32,000 nucleotides of DNA from the NCBI RefSeq assembly GCF_017876815.1, contig NZ_JAGIOS010000003.1, positions 840,001 through 872,000 on the forward strand, given 5' to 3'. Below the pieces are notes generated by a model that worked only from the letters and a program-made list of their open reading frames with translations, did no database searches and was not told the origin of the DNA. Position numbers and translations under genes: made by a program. This DNA is from Sinorhizobium meliloti. GTDB taxonomy: Bacteria; Pseudomonadota; Alphaproteobacteria; Rhizobiales; Rhizobiaceae. Positions 9,014 to 17,342 of this stretch are shown piece after piece; positions within the stretch are counted from its first letter, which is position 1; every line of letters begins with the position of its first letter.

Positions 9014-10444
9014 TCAGATTACCCGCGCTGCAACAGAGTGGATCGAGTTGTTGCCGTAGCCCAGACGGTTCCACTCAGCGTGCTCGGGTTGGGTCCGGCC
9101 CGTCATGTCGGTGGCGCGCACCCGTACGGTGAGTGGCCCCGTCTCCTCAAGTCGCGTGATCAACTCCCACCGTTGCCAGGCAGAGCGTCGTCGTTCGCCA
9201 ACGAGCCGAGCCTCGCGCCACGGGCTGCCGTTCAGGCTTACATCGACCCTGGAGATGTTCCCGGCACCCGACCACGCGACCCCACGGATCGCGGTGTCGC
9301 CGCGCGGCAGGTTCTCCCCCTCTTCAGGCGAAGATATCAACGCTCGCACGTTCATCAGCTTCACCTGCGCGCGCTCATCGTGCCCGTTTCGCACCCAATG
9401 GTACCAGTATTTCTCCGCCTGATAGTATGCCTCGCAGGGTTGGTCGGTAACGACAATCTCGGTCAGCCACTTGACCGACGCTACCGCATACCAACCGGGC
9501 ACGATCAGCCGCAATGGATAGCCATGAGGTGGTGACAGCGTTTCGCCGTTCATCTCATAGGCAAGAAGCGCATCCGTTTCACGAATCTGGTCGAGGCTGA
9601 GGCCGCGTTCGAAACGAACCGGCGCGTCGTGCCCGTCGACGACCCCGCTGTCGGCACCGCGGAAGGTGAGTTCGGTCGCGCCGGCTCGCAGTCCCGCTCG
9701 CTCAAGCACTTCCATCAGGCGAACGCCGGTCCACTCGGCAGTGCTGACGGCGCCCAGTCCCCAGGCTTCGCCGGGCACGGCCGGATCGAACAGGCTACGG
9801 CCGTTGCCAGCGCATTCCAGCGTCACAACCTGGCTTTCGGCATGAAGATTGTGAAGCTCCCTCATGCTCAGTTTCAGTGGTCTTTCGACCAGCCCGCCGA
9901 TCGAAAGCCGGTAGTTGTCACCGCCAAGGTTCGGGATATCGAAGTGGTTCCGCAGGTAAAACCGACCGTTTGGCATCACGGCACCGCCTGCAAGGTCCGG
10001 CACCGAGGTCTCGCCATTCAACGGATTGACGCTGTGAATGAGAAGGCCAGCCTCGACGGCATCCTGGCAGGCGTCTGCGGGGTCGAGCACCTCTGCCGAG
10101 ACGTCCACTGGACGTTCTTCGCAGCCGCCCCTCGAAACCATCGCGGCGCAAGTCATCGCTGCCGTCACTTCGACGTCGCCGGCTTGACGGAGAGGCGCCA
10201 AAAAAGCCTGAAGGATGGCCTCATCCGCTGCTTCGGCAATGAAGAACAGCGAATGTGAGCCCTGTGCGACGGCTTCCCCCTTGATCAGCACACCGTGGCG
10301 AGCAGCGCTCGGCCGGCTCAAATGGTTCAACAGCATCGTGCCCTTGGCTGGATCGCGCGCGGGACAGGTTTCGGGCGAGTGCTGATGGTGCACAATGAAC
10401 AAAGGCAATGGGACCTCCATACTCGGGCAGCAGCGAACCGTCAT
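9014..10444 (-). CDS. Sulfite-oxidase-family molybdopterin oxidoreductase with a ~105-aa N-terminal extra domain
   Basis: VVTLECAGNGRS carries the Mo-ligand Cys motif. HGYPLRLIVPGWYAVASVKWL and a C-terminal Ig-like dimerisation region are also present. The N-terminal part (LFIVHHQHSPETCPARDP...TCAAMVSRGGCEE) is not part of the canonical fold. There is no signal or Tat motif. The start is uncertain: ATG 10444 follows GAAGGA by 9 nt, with ATG 10420 as the alternative. Confidence 0.8.
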   Translation of the reverse strand: MTVRCCPSMEVPLPLFIVHHQHSPETCPARDPAKGTMLLNHLSRPSAARHGVLIKGEAVAQGSHSLFFIAEAADEAILQAFLAPLRQAGDVEVTAAMTCAAMVSRGGCEERPVDVSAEVLDPADACQDAVEAGLLIHSVNPLNGETSVPDLAGGAVMPNGRFYLRNHFDIPNLGGDNYRLSIGGLVERPLKLSMRELHNLHAESQVVTLECAGNGRSLFDPAVPGEAWGLGAVSTAEWTGVRLMEVLERAGLRAGATELTFRGADSGVVDGHDAPVRFERGLSLDQIRETDALLAYEMNGETLSPPHGYPLRLIVPGWYAVASVKWLTEIVVTDQPCEAYYQAEKYWYHWVRNGHDERAQVKLMNVRALISSPEEGENLPRGDTAIRGVAWSGAGNISRVDVSLNGSPWREARLVGERRRSAWQRWELITRLEETGPLTVRVRATDMTGRTQPEHAEWNRLGYGNNSIHSVAARVI

Positions 10445-10744
10445 CAGTGGTGGTCCTTCGGCCACTTCAGCACCCCCGCATGATCAGATAGAACCGCGCG
10501 GCCTCCCGGCCAGGATTAGACGCCGGAATTTTGGGTGAACATGTCTTGTCAGCCGCGCTAGGAATAGGTCGGCGGTTGATGTTGTGAGGCCGAAGGTCCG
10601 CTTTGGACCGGAATCCGAGAGAAATCCCCCGACTTGAACCGAATCGGCACGTAGACACGCAAATAGTGATGGCCGAGATAACCCTGGTCTCGAAGCGGTC
10701 GAATAGAAGCTGTGATGAGCGACCGAATTAAATAAGCGATCTCA

Positions 10745-10793
10745 CTAATTAACGAAAACGGGATTTCATTTATTAACTGGACATGCTAATTAA
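10745..10793 (+). promoter_or_regulatory. AT-rich leader of the Fic gene with direct CTAATTAA repeats
   Basis: CTAATTAA occurs at 10745..10752 and 10786..10793, 41 bp apart, with a related AATTAAAT near 10727. This is the most AT-rich patch of the window and lies just upstream of the preferred Fic start. Confidence 0.3.
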
Positions 10794-10824
10794 AGGCGAC
10801 AAACTTAGCCAAACTGGAAAGTGC

Positions 10825-12003
10825 ATGAGGAACGAGACCGGTGGCCGCCTTGGTCGTTTTGTGGAGACCGCTGTTGGCGGCGAGCGTGTGAAGGCGTTTG
10901 TACCCCCACCTCTTCCTCCCAATCCCCCTCTTGAAATCACCGGCCTCTTAACGCGACTCAGCGCCGCCGAGCGCGCTCTGGGACGACTTGATGGCGTTTC
11001 CATCCTGCTGCCGAACAAGGAGCTGTTCCTGTACATGTATGTACGCAAGGAGGCTGTCCTTTCCTCCCAAATCGAGGGCACTCAGTCGACGCTGTCCGAT
11101 CTCCTTCGCTTCGAGACAGAGGCGATCAGCGGCGAACCTGTCGACGACATCCGCGAAGTCTCGAACTATGTTGACGCCATGATGTTCGGTCTAGAGCGAA
11201 TGCGGCAGTTGCCCCTGTCACTGCGCCTCATCCGGGAAATGCACCAGCGGTTGCTGGATAGCGGTCGCGGCGGCAGAAGGAGCCCTGGCGAATTCCGCAC
11301 CTCACAGAATTGGATCGGCGGCACGCGGCCCGGAAACGCCATGTTCGTGCCTCCTCCAGCGAATGAGGTCATGACTTGCCTCGGTGACTGGGAAAGGTTC
11401 ATTCATGAGGAGACGCCGAGCATTCCGCCGCTGATTAAGGCGGGCCTCATCCATGTCCAGTTTGAAACCATCCATCCTTTCCTAGATGGAAATGGCCGCC
11501 TCGGTCGACTTCTGATCACACTGTTCCTTTGCGCGACCGGCGTGCTTCAACAACCTCTGCTCTATCTCAGCCTTTATTTCAAATCGCGGCGGCCCGACTA
11601 CTACCGGCTTCTACAGGAAGTCCGAGAATATGGAACGTGGGAAGCCTGGCTGGAGTTTTTCCTGGACGGTGTGGCCGAAACAGCAGATCAAGCTTTCGAG
11701 ACAGCCAACCGTATTGCACGACTATTTCACGACGACAGGGAACGGATCGTGAGAGAATCCGAACGTACAGGATCGGTCCTTCAGATCCACGAAATCATGC
11801 GCACGAGCCCCTATCTGACCGCAGCGTCCGCGGCGAAGCGAAGCGGTCTCACAGTGCCGACCGTGAACGCTGCACTGGACCAGCTACAGAGACTCGGCGT
11901 CGTCGAAGAAGCCACCGGACGGCGCCGTGGCCGAGTGTTCGTGTATCGAGCTTATATGGATATCCTCAGTGACGGCGCGGGCACTAACGCTACTCGTTCA
12001 TAA
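10825..12003 (+). CDS. Fic family protein (class II, with N-terminal inhibitory motif and C-terminal winged-helix-like region)
   Basis: HPFLDGNGRLGRLL matches the Fic motif HxFx(D/E)GNGRxxR. SSQIEGT matches the inhibitory (S/T)xxxE(G/N) motif. The start is set at MRNETGGRLGRFVETAVGGERVKAFVPPPLPP, the usual family N-terminus; the track ORF begins at 10783. Confidence 0.85.
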   Translation: MRNETGGRLGRFVETAVGGERVKAFVPPPLPPNPPLEITGLLTRLSAAERALGRLDGVSILLPNKELFLYMYVRKEAVLSSQIEGTQSTLSDLLRFETEAISGEPVDDIREVSNYVDAMMFGLERMRQLPLSLRLIREMHQRLLDSGRGGRRSPGEFRTSQNWIGGTRPGNAMFVPPPANEVMTCLGDWERFIHEETPSIPPLIKAGLIHVQFETIHPFLDGNGRLGRLLITLFLCATGVLQQPLLYLSLYFKSRRPDYYRLLQEVREYGTWEAWLEFFLDGVAETADQAFETANRIARLFHDDRERIVRESERTGSVLQIHEIMRTSPYLTAASAAKRSGLTVPTVNAALDQLQRLGVVEEATGRRRGRVFVYRAYMDILSDGAGTNATRS

Positions 12004-12006
12004 GGG

Positions 12007-12040
12007 GCGGTTCCTGTTGATCCTTTATGCGATTTTCGAT
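12007..12040 (+). repeat. Junction repeat copy D (degenerate)
   Basis: GCGGTTCCTGTT GATCCTTTATGCGATT TTCGATG. It matches copy C at about 23 of 28 positions, including the upstream GTTCCTGTT. It begins 4 nt after the Fic stop. Confidence 0.7.
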
Positions 12041-12131
12041 GGAGAGGACGAGCGCGATAACGACGCGCCCGAAAATCTGGCTCATCTCCGATGCCCCTGA
12101 GGGGCAAAAAGAGGCAGGCTGGGCATACGTA

Positions 12132-13025
12132 TCAAAGGTCATCGAGTCTGAGCCGCATGGCTAGGAGGTCAACGAACGCGCGCACCTTCGCGGGCGGACG
12201 TGTACTTTCTTGCCAGAGGGCATGAATCGGCACTGGCTTGGGCTCAAACTCCTGCAATACGATTTCTACCTGCCCGGCATCCACAAGATGCCTGATCTGC
12301 CACAGAGGAGAATATCCCAACCCTAGGCCACTTCTTACAGCAGAATAAATCGCTGCCATTGCATTGGAGCGAAACGAACCCCGGACTCCAACCATCCGCC
12401 TCTTTCCATCAATTTGGAAGGCCCACTGCCCCGGTCTGTTGCCGATTGTTCTGACGATGCAGGCGTGCTGGCGCAATTCCGCAGGATGTTCTGGCCGGCC
12501 ATTCCGAGCAAAGTAGGAGGGTGCTCCGAACACCACCCGCCGTAGCGCACCCAATCTTTTACTCTGCAGGTTGGAATCAGGCAGGTCGGCAATGCGGACC
12601 ACTACATCTATCCCTTCGCTTGCAAGGTCGACGAACGCATCTGTCAAACTTAGATCGACCTCGGCCTGCGGATAGCTTTCAATGTATTCCGCGACGATCG
12701 GAACTAGAAAGTCTGGCCCGAACAGCATTGGTGCACCCACGCGCAGAATTCCGGATGGTCCAGTCCTGCGACCAGCCGCCTCAAGTTGGGCCTCTCTGAT
12801 TTCCAACACCGCTGGCTTCACCCGCCGATAAAAGGCCTGACCAGCCTCGCTGAGCGCAGAATGTCGTGTGGTGCGGTGAACAAGCTGAAGTCCAACGTCA
12901 ACTTCAAGTGATGTAAGGGAGCGGCTCACCGCTTGCAGCGAGCGATTGAGACGAGTCGCAGCCCGGGTAAGGCTACCACTTTCCGCGATATGGATGAATG
13001 CTTCAAGGTCTTCGAGGCGACTCAT
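12132..13025 (-). CDS. LysR-family transcriptional regulator
   Basis: N-terminal HTH LEAFIHIAESGSLTRAATRLNRSLQAVSRSLTSLE and a typical ~300-aa LTTR length. Start is ATG 13025, or 13037. It is divergent from an NmrA-like gene. Confidence 0.85.
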   Translation of the reverse strand: MSRLEDLEAFIHIAESGSLTRAATRLNRSLQAVSRSLTSLEVDVGLQLVHRTTRHSALSEAGQAFYRRVKPAVLEIREAQLEAAGRRTGPSGILRVGAPMLFGPDFLVPIVAEYIESYPQAEVDLSLTDAFVDLASEGIDVVVRIADLPDSNLQSKRLGALRRVVFGAPSYFARNGRPEHPAELRQHACIVRTIGNRPGQWAFQIDGKRRMVGVRGSFRSNAMAAIYSAVRSGLGLGYSPLWQIRHLVDAGQVEIVLQEFEPKPVPIHALWQESTRPPAKVRAFVDLLAMRLRLDDL

Positions 13026-13031
13026 ATTATC

Positions 13032-13044
13032 TCGCATATTGCGA
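13032..13044. promoter_or_regulatory. LTTR box (T-N11-A palindrome)
   Basis: TCGCAtatTGCGA is a perfect T-N11-A dyad in the LysR/NmrA divergent intergenic region. Confidence 0.5.
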
Positions 13045-13131
13045 TTCTATCTCCATCGCGACGTCAATTGTTACGTCTTCCACAGGAAATTAAAGTGCTC
13101 CCGCGTCATGAAATTTGCAAAGGACACGCTT

Positions 13132-14034
13132 ATGGTATTGAACCAACCAAAGATCCTCGTTGTTGGAGCCACCGGCAAATTCGCGCGCTGGGTTATTCCC
13201 GAACTGATGCGCCGCGACGCTGTCGTCCATGCGCTCGTGCGCAACGATGCACGGGCAGCCGTCGCCCGCTCGCTGGGTGTGGCCGAGGTTTTCATTGGAG
13301 ACCTCCGCAATACGGACAGTCTTGCCGAGGCAACGCGAGGCATGGACGGTGTCTTCTATATTGGCCCCGCGTTCACGCCTGACGAAGCAGCAATGGGGAT
13401 TGCCATCGTCGAGGCCGCAGAGCGAAACGGTGTGAAGAAGTTCGCCTTCTCGTCGGTGATCCAGCCTACGAACACGCGCCTGAAGAACCATGCGAGCAAA
13501 ATCCCGGTCGAGGAGGCGCTTTACTCGTCACGGCTCGAATATACAATCCTGCAGCCGGCGAACTTCATGCAGAACATCGGGATCGCGTGGCCATCGATCA
13601 TTCTGCATGGTCGCTTCGGAGAGCCATTCCCGAAAGACATCAAGATCGCTCGCGTTGATTACCGCGACGTCGCCGAGGTCGCAGCCATTGCACTTACGGA
13701 GGACAAGCTGGCATTTGCCACGCTTGAGCTGGCGGCAGGTATGTTCAGCCGTAATGACGTTGTTGCGGCTATCTCGGCAGAGCTCGGACGCCCGATAGAA
13801 GCGTTTGAGCCCAGCTTCAGCGAGTGGGTGCAGAGCGCCCGTCTACCTTACAGTGAGCAGCAGATGCACATGCTCTCAAAGATCCACGAGCACTACAGAA
13901 ACTACGGACTTGGGGGAAATAGCCTTTCGTTGACCGCTGCGTTGGGCCGCGAACCTCGTTCGCTGCGTGATTATATTCGGGAGTTGGCACGACAGAACGA
14001 TCCGTTAACGCCCCATCTCGCTAAGGATTCGTAG
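13132..14034 (+). CDS. NmrA-family NAD(P)-binding protein
   Basis: ATG 13132 lies 7 nt after AAGGA, with 13108 as an alternative. MVLNQPKILVVGATGKFARWVIPEL is a Rossmann motif. The track ORF start at 12946 overlaps the LysR gene. Confidence 0.8.
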   Translation: MVLNQPKILVVGATGKFARWVIPELMRRDAVVHALVRNDARAAVARSLGVAEVFIGDLRNTDSLAEATRGMDGVFYIGPAFTPDEAAMGIAIVEAAERNGVKKFAFSSVIQPTNTRLKNHASKIPVEEALYSSRLEYTILQPANFMQNIGIAWPSIILHGRFGEPFPKDIKIARVDYRDVAEVAAIALTEDKLAFATLELAAGMFSRNDVVAAISAELGRPIEAFEPSFSEWVQSARLPYSEQQMHMLSKIHEHYRNYGLGGNSLSLTAALGREPRSLRDYIRELARQNDPLTPHLAKDS

Positions 14035-14036
14035 TC

Positions 14037-14300
14037 ATGCAAATCGACCGTGAGCAATTGATGCGAAGAAAGCTCCCGCCGGGCTATGCGAGAGTTGTGA
14101 TGCCACTTGTTCTGTCCATCTTGATGTCGGGGGTCGTATCGGCAGTGGCTACCGCTAGTAACATAGGGCCAGGAGCCAGCTTTACTGCGGCCTGGCCGAA
14201 TGCGTGGGTCGCCTCATGGATGGTCGCATTTCCCACGCTGCTCGTCGTGTTACCACTCGTGCGTCGGCTCGTGGCAATAATCGTGGAGCAGCCACGTTAA
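14037..14300 (+). CDS. DUF2798-type small membrane protein
   Basis: 87 aa, starting 3 nt after the previous stop. KLPPGYARVVMPLVLSILMSGVVS...WPNAWVASWMVAFPTLLVVLPLVRRL matches the DUF2798 pattern as I remember it. Confidence 0.7.
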   Translation: MQIDREQLMRRKLPPGYARVVMPLVLSILMSGVVSAVATASNIGPGASFTAAWPNAWVASWMVAFPTLLVVLPLVRRLVAIIVEQPR

Positions 14301-14842
14301 AGCCATTTACCTTCGGCTCACGCCTCCGATATAGCTAGACTTTCCTCCCCCACGGCGGCGTGGACTCCGATCCCGTTTCACAGGCAGGCGTGAGAGGGAG
14401 TCCCGAGGGCTGCGCCCAAACATGGGCGACGATCCGGTGAAAATCATTGCTGGCGGTGCGGCCAGCAATGACGACCGAAAACTGGAGAGACTCTGTGGCC
14501 CCCAATTCCGCAAAGACGTCGGAAATGAAGAAGCAAGGACGGCAAAAAACTGACGATAAATAGCGCCCTTCCCTACCCCCCCGCCCTTCGACCGAAACCT
14601 GCACCTGGATCGATTACAGTTGGTGATATGCTGCCCATGCGCTATCGGATTCTCTCCAGCACCGGCGGGTTAATTCCGCCGCCCGCGCTCGGCGCGATTC
14701 TCCCCTCACTCCAGATACTCAAATATTCAAATTAAAGTACTTTCACTTCATACTTACATTTGCAGAACATCCAGTGAGAATTGGGAGTTATATTATCCCC
14801 TTCGGATATCATAATTTCTTCTTCACGCTGAGGAGCCCTATT

Positions 14843-16393
14843 ATGACAAGGATTGTTGGAACGAGTGCCGACGATACTCTGGATGGCATGGCGGAAGGCG
14901 ACCGGATCTGGAGTCTCGACGGCAATGATGTCGTGGATGGCGGCGCAGGCGACGACTTCGTCGATGGCGGGGCCGGCGACGATGCGCTGACAAGTTCAAG
15001 CGGCTTTGACGAGTTCACCGGCGGCGAAGGCAATGATCGGCTGTCGTTCATCGGTGTCGGCGGCGCGGCACGGGGCGGCACGGGGGTCGACACGCTTGTG
15101 GGCGATTACGCCGCGATATCCGATGCCTTCCTGTTCGATGGAATGCATGGCCACGCAGCCTTCGGCGATCTGTCGGTTAAGGGAAACCACCTTTATTTCC
15201 TCGATATCGAGCGGCTCTCTTTGACGACCGGGATCGGCGATGACAGGATCATTGCCACGGGCTTCAGCTTCGTCAACGTCCATACCGGTGCGGGTGACGA
15301 CCGTGTCGAAACCGGCATCGGCGATGACCAGATCTATGCTGGCGACGGCCGGGATCTGCTGTTTGGCGGCGGCGGCGACGATTTTATTCACGGCGGTCAG
15401 GGCGACGACTACGTTGACGGCGGCAACGACGACGACAGACTCGAGGGGGAGGATGGCAATGACAGTCTTGTGGGCGGTCGTGGCAACGACCGGCTCGACG
15501 GGGGCGGCGGCGATGACGACGTCAATGGTGGCGACGGCAACGACTCTCTGACCGGAGGCCTCGGATCGGATACGGTGACGGGCGGTGCCGGGGATGATTA
15601 CCTGAGCAATAGTTTTGCCGCCGGAGACATACTGCTCGGCGGCGACGGCAATGACACTCTCTCGGCGGGTGGGGAAGACACCGCCTATGGCGGATGGAGT
15701 GATCTCTACGGCGGCGCCGGCGATGACAGACTTCACATCTATACGGATGGTTCCTTGGGCGCATTGGACGGCGGCGAGGGTTTCGACCGAGCGAGCATCG
15801 CCCTCGATGATGTGCCCGCCGGCTTCGTTCTCGATGCATCGCGTTTTGGCTCGATCGAGGAGTTCAACATTACCGTTAAATCCGCCTATCGAGGCGTTCA
15901 CCTCTCCGGCGGGAATGGCAACGACAGGCTCTTCTGTTTTGATACATACAGGGAAGGTCCCAGCGGAAACGATGTTTTGAACGGGCGCAACGGCGATGAC
16001 ATACTCGTCGGCGGCAGTGGAGCGGATAGTCTGCTGGGCGGGGATGGCAACGACTCGCTGAGTGGCGAATATCACTCGGACAGGCTGCTCGGCGGCGCCG
16101 GCGCAGATCTTTTGACAGGTGGATCCGATGCCGACACGTTCATTTGGGACGAAGCCTCTGTCCGCAATGACAGGAGCGTCGATCGGATCACCGACTTCCG
16201 CGGCGGGGACGGTGATGTGCTTCTATTCCGCGGCTTTGGCGGTACCGAGTTTCGCGACTTCGAAAGCTTCCTCGCCGCCTCCCGTGACACGCCCGAGGGC
16301 GTTTACGTCAGTTTCGATGGCGACGCCCACGGGATATTGATCCAGAATACCCTGCTCGCTGATCTTTCGGCGGCGGACGTCTTGTTCGCCTGA
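14843..16393 (+). CDS. RTX-type calcium-binding repeat protein (hemolysin-type GGxGxD repeats)
   Basis: ATG 14843 lies 7 nt after GAGGAG. Many nonapeptide repeats are present (GGAGDDFVDGGAGDD, GGQGDDYVDGGNDDDRLEGEDGNDSLVGGRGNDRLDGGGGDDDVNGGDGNDSL...). No N-terminal signal peptide is seen. No T1SS genes are in the window. Confidence 0.85.
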   Translation: MTRIVGTSADDTLDGMAEGDRIWSLDGNDVVDGGAGDDFVDGGAGDDALTSSSGFDEFTGGEGNDRLSFIGVGGAARGGTGVDTLVGDYAAISDAFLFDGMHGHAAFGDLSVKGNHLYFLDIERLSLTTGIGDDRIIATGFSFVNVHTGAGDDRVETGIGDDQIYAGDGRDLLFGGGGDDFIHGGQGDDYVDGGNDDDRLEGEDGNDSLVGGRGNDRLDGGGGDDDVNGGDGNDSLTGGLGSDTVTGGAGDDYLSNSFAAGDILLGGDGNDTLSAGGEDTAYGGWSDLYGGAGDDRLHIYTDGSLGALDGGEGFDRASIALDDVPAGFVLDASRFGSIEEFNITVKSAYRGVHLSGGNGNDRLFCFDTYREGPSGNDVLNGRNGDDILVGGSGADSLLGGDGNDSLSGEYHSDRLLGGAGADLLTGGSDADTFIWDEASVRNDRSVDRITDFRGGDGDVLLFRGFGGTEFRDFESFLAASRDTPEGVYVSFDGDAHGILIQNTLLADLSAADVLFA

Positions 16394-16564
16394 GCACAGG
16401 CGTCGCCCTTCCCGAAAGCCCGGCGCCTTCCTACAATGACTACCTCAGAAATGAAGGCGAGGAGCGCCTTGGAATCGATTATCGCCAGTGCGCCTGATTC
16501 GTTCCGTCTGCGTATCGTTGCACCTCTTGGGAGCGCTTGACCGCCCTAAACCGAGAACGCGCTA

Positions 16565-16613
16565 GCCGTGCCCGACGATACATTATGCGATCATCGACGC
16601 ACAAATCGGAAAC
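16565..16613 (+). repeat. Junction repeat copy A
   Basis: GCCGTGCCCGAC GATACATTATGCGATC ATCGACGCACAAATCGGAAAC, with the perfect 16-bp core at 16577..16592. Confidence 0.8.
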
Positions 16614-16639
16614 AAACACAGCACAGTGCTCGGCAAATC

Positions 16640-16992
16640 CTATCCACCTTGTCGAAGACGATCGATGTTAGCGATCATCTGCTCGGCATGCACTCGGGCC
16701 TCTTCGCATGAGCCGTCGTGCCAGGCCGGCAGGGTAAGCGGCGCGATAGGACGTTGCAACGGCATGTAGCCGCACGCCTACGTCCCTCCCGTAGAGGTGA
16801 AACGTAGGTCGTCATGGGATGAGCTCCGACCCGCGTTTGATCGAGCAGTTTCCTGTCCTTAGAGACATACTGGGCTAGAGCCGTCGGCTCATAAACGAAT
16901 GCCGGGCCTACCACACCTCGCCGAGGACCTTCGGCACAGATGACAGCGTTAATGTGCCTTACCCCCTCCGCTATCATCGAATTTGCAGACAA
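16640..16992 (-). pseudogene. Decayed ORF fragments of unknown family
   Basis: The listed 105-aa ORF has an arginine-rich tail that looks out of frame. A different frame gives a protein-like ending (...GYMPLQRPIAPLTLPAWHDGSCEEARVHAEQMIANIDRLRQGG, stop 16640..16642). Upstream pieces are broken by stops in every frame. No family was recognised. Confidence 0.3.
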
Positions 16993-17162
16993 TCACATGC
17001 TTGCACTTGCACCTAACGACGAGACAGGCGCCCTCATCCAGTTGCTCAAGCGGATGACGTAGCCGCGACCGAGCTATGTGTGTCGAAGCTGAAATTCGAA
17101 ATGCCGCGTGAGCCTACCCGCCGCCGTTAAAGTTGTGGTTGGGATGCGTGGGAGAAACAAGC

Positions 17163-17197
17163 CGAGGGCGCTCAACCCGTCATGGGGAGCGCCCTCG
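17163..17197 (-). terminator. Strong GC hairpin, possible terminator
   Basis: CGAGGGCGCTC-N13-GAGCGCCCTCG forms an 11-bp perfect stem. On the minus strand it is followed by GCTTGTTTCTCC. Confidence 0.35.
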
Positions 17198-17310
17198 TTC
17201 ACCCACGACAAGCGAAAGCGCGACGATCATCGTCACTGCAGACAGTCGTTGAATTGGGTGATCAGCCTCAGATGAGAATCGTCACCCCACTTTTCAAGAT
17301 CATCTGGTAT

Positions 17311-17332
17311 AGTGGCGGCCGCAGCCGCCACT
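17311..17332 (-). terminator. Hairpin immediately after the MFS stop codon
   Basis: AGTGGCGGC cgca GCCGCCACT forms a 9-bp perfect stem 10 nt downstream of the stop at 17343. There is no clear U-tract. Confidence 0.35.
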
Positions 17333-17342
17333 CTTCTACCCG

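Noticed and set aside
14996-16075. 359-aa minus-strand ORF, plus several 70-120-aa ORFs inside the RTX gene
   Set aside because: These are antisense or off-frame readings of the GGCGACGAC-type repeats. The plus-strand frame gives perfect GGxGxD nonapeptides and has a strong SD.
14880-16200. Periodic DNA repeats that could be mistaken for a CRISPR or tandem-repeat array
   Set aside because: The periodicity is 27 nt and in-frame with the RTX nonapeptides. There is no repeat-spacer structure and no cas genes.
16565-16613. Sigma-54 (TGGCAC-N5-TTGC) or EcfG promoter hidden in the reverse complement of the junction repeats
   Set aside because: The GGCACG or GGAAC strings are present, but the -12 or -10 element is missing or off by at least one position in every copy.
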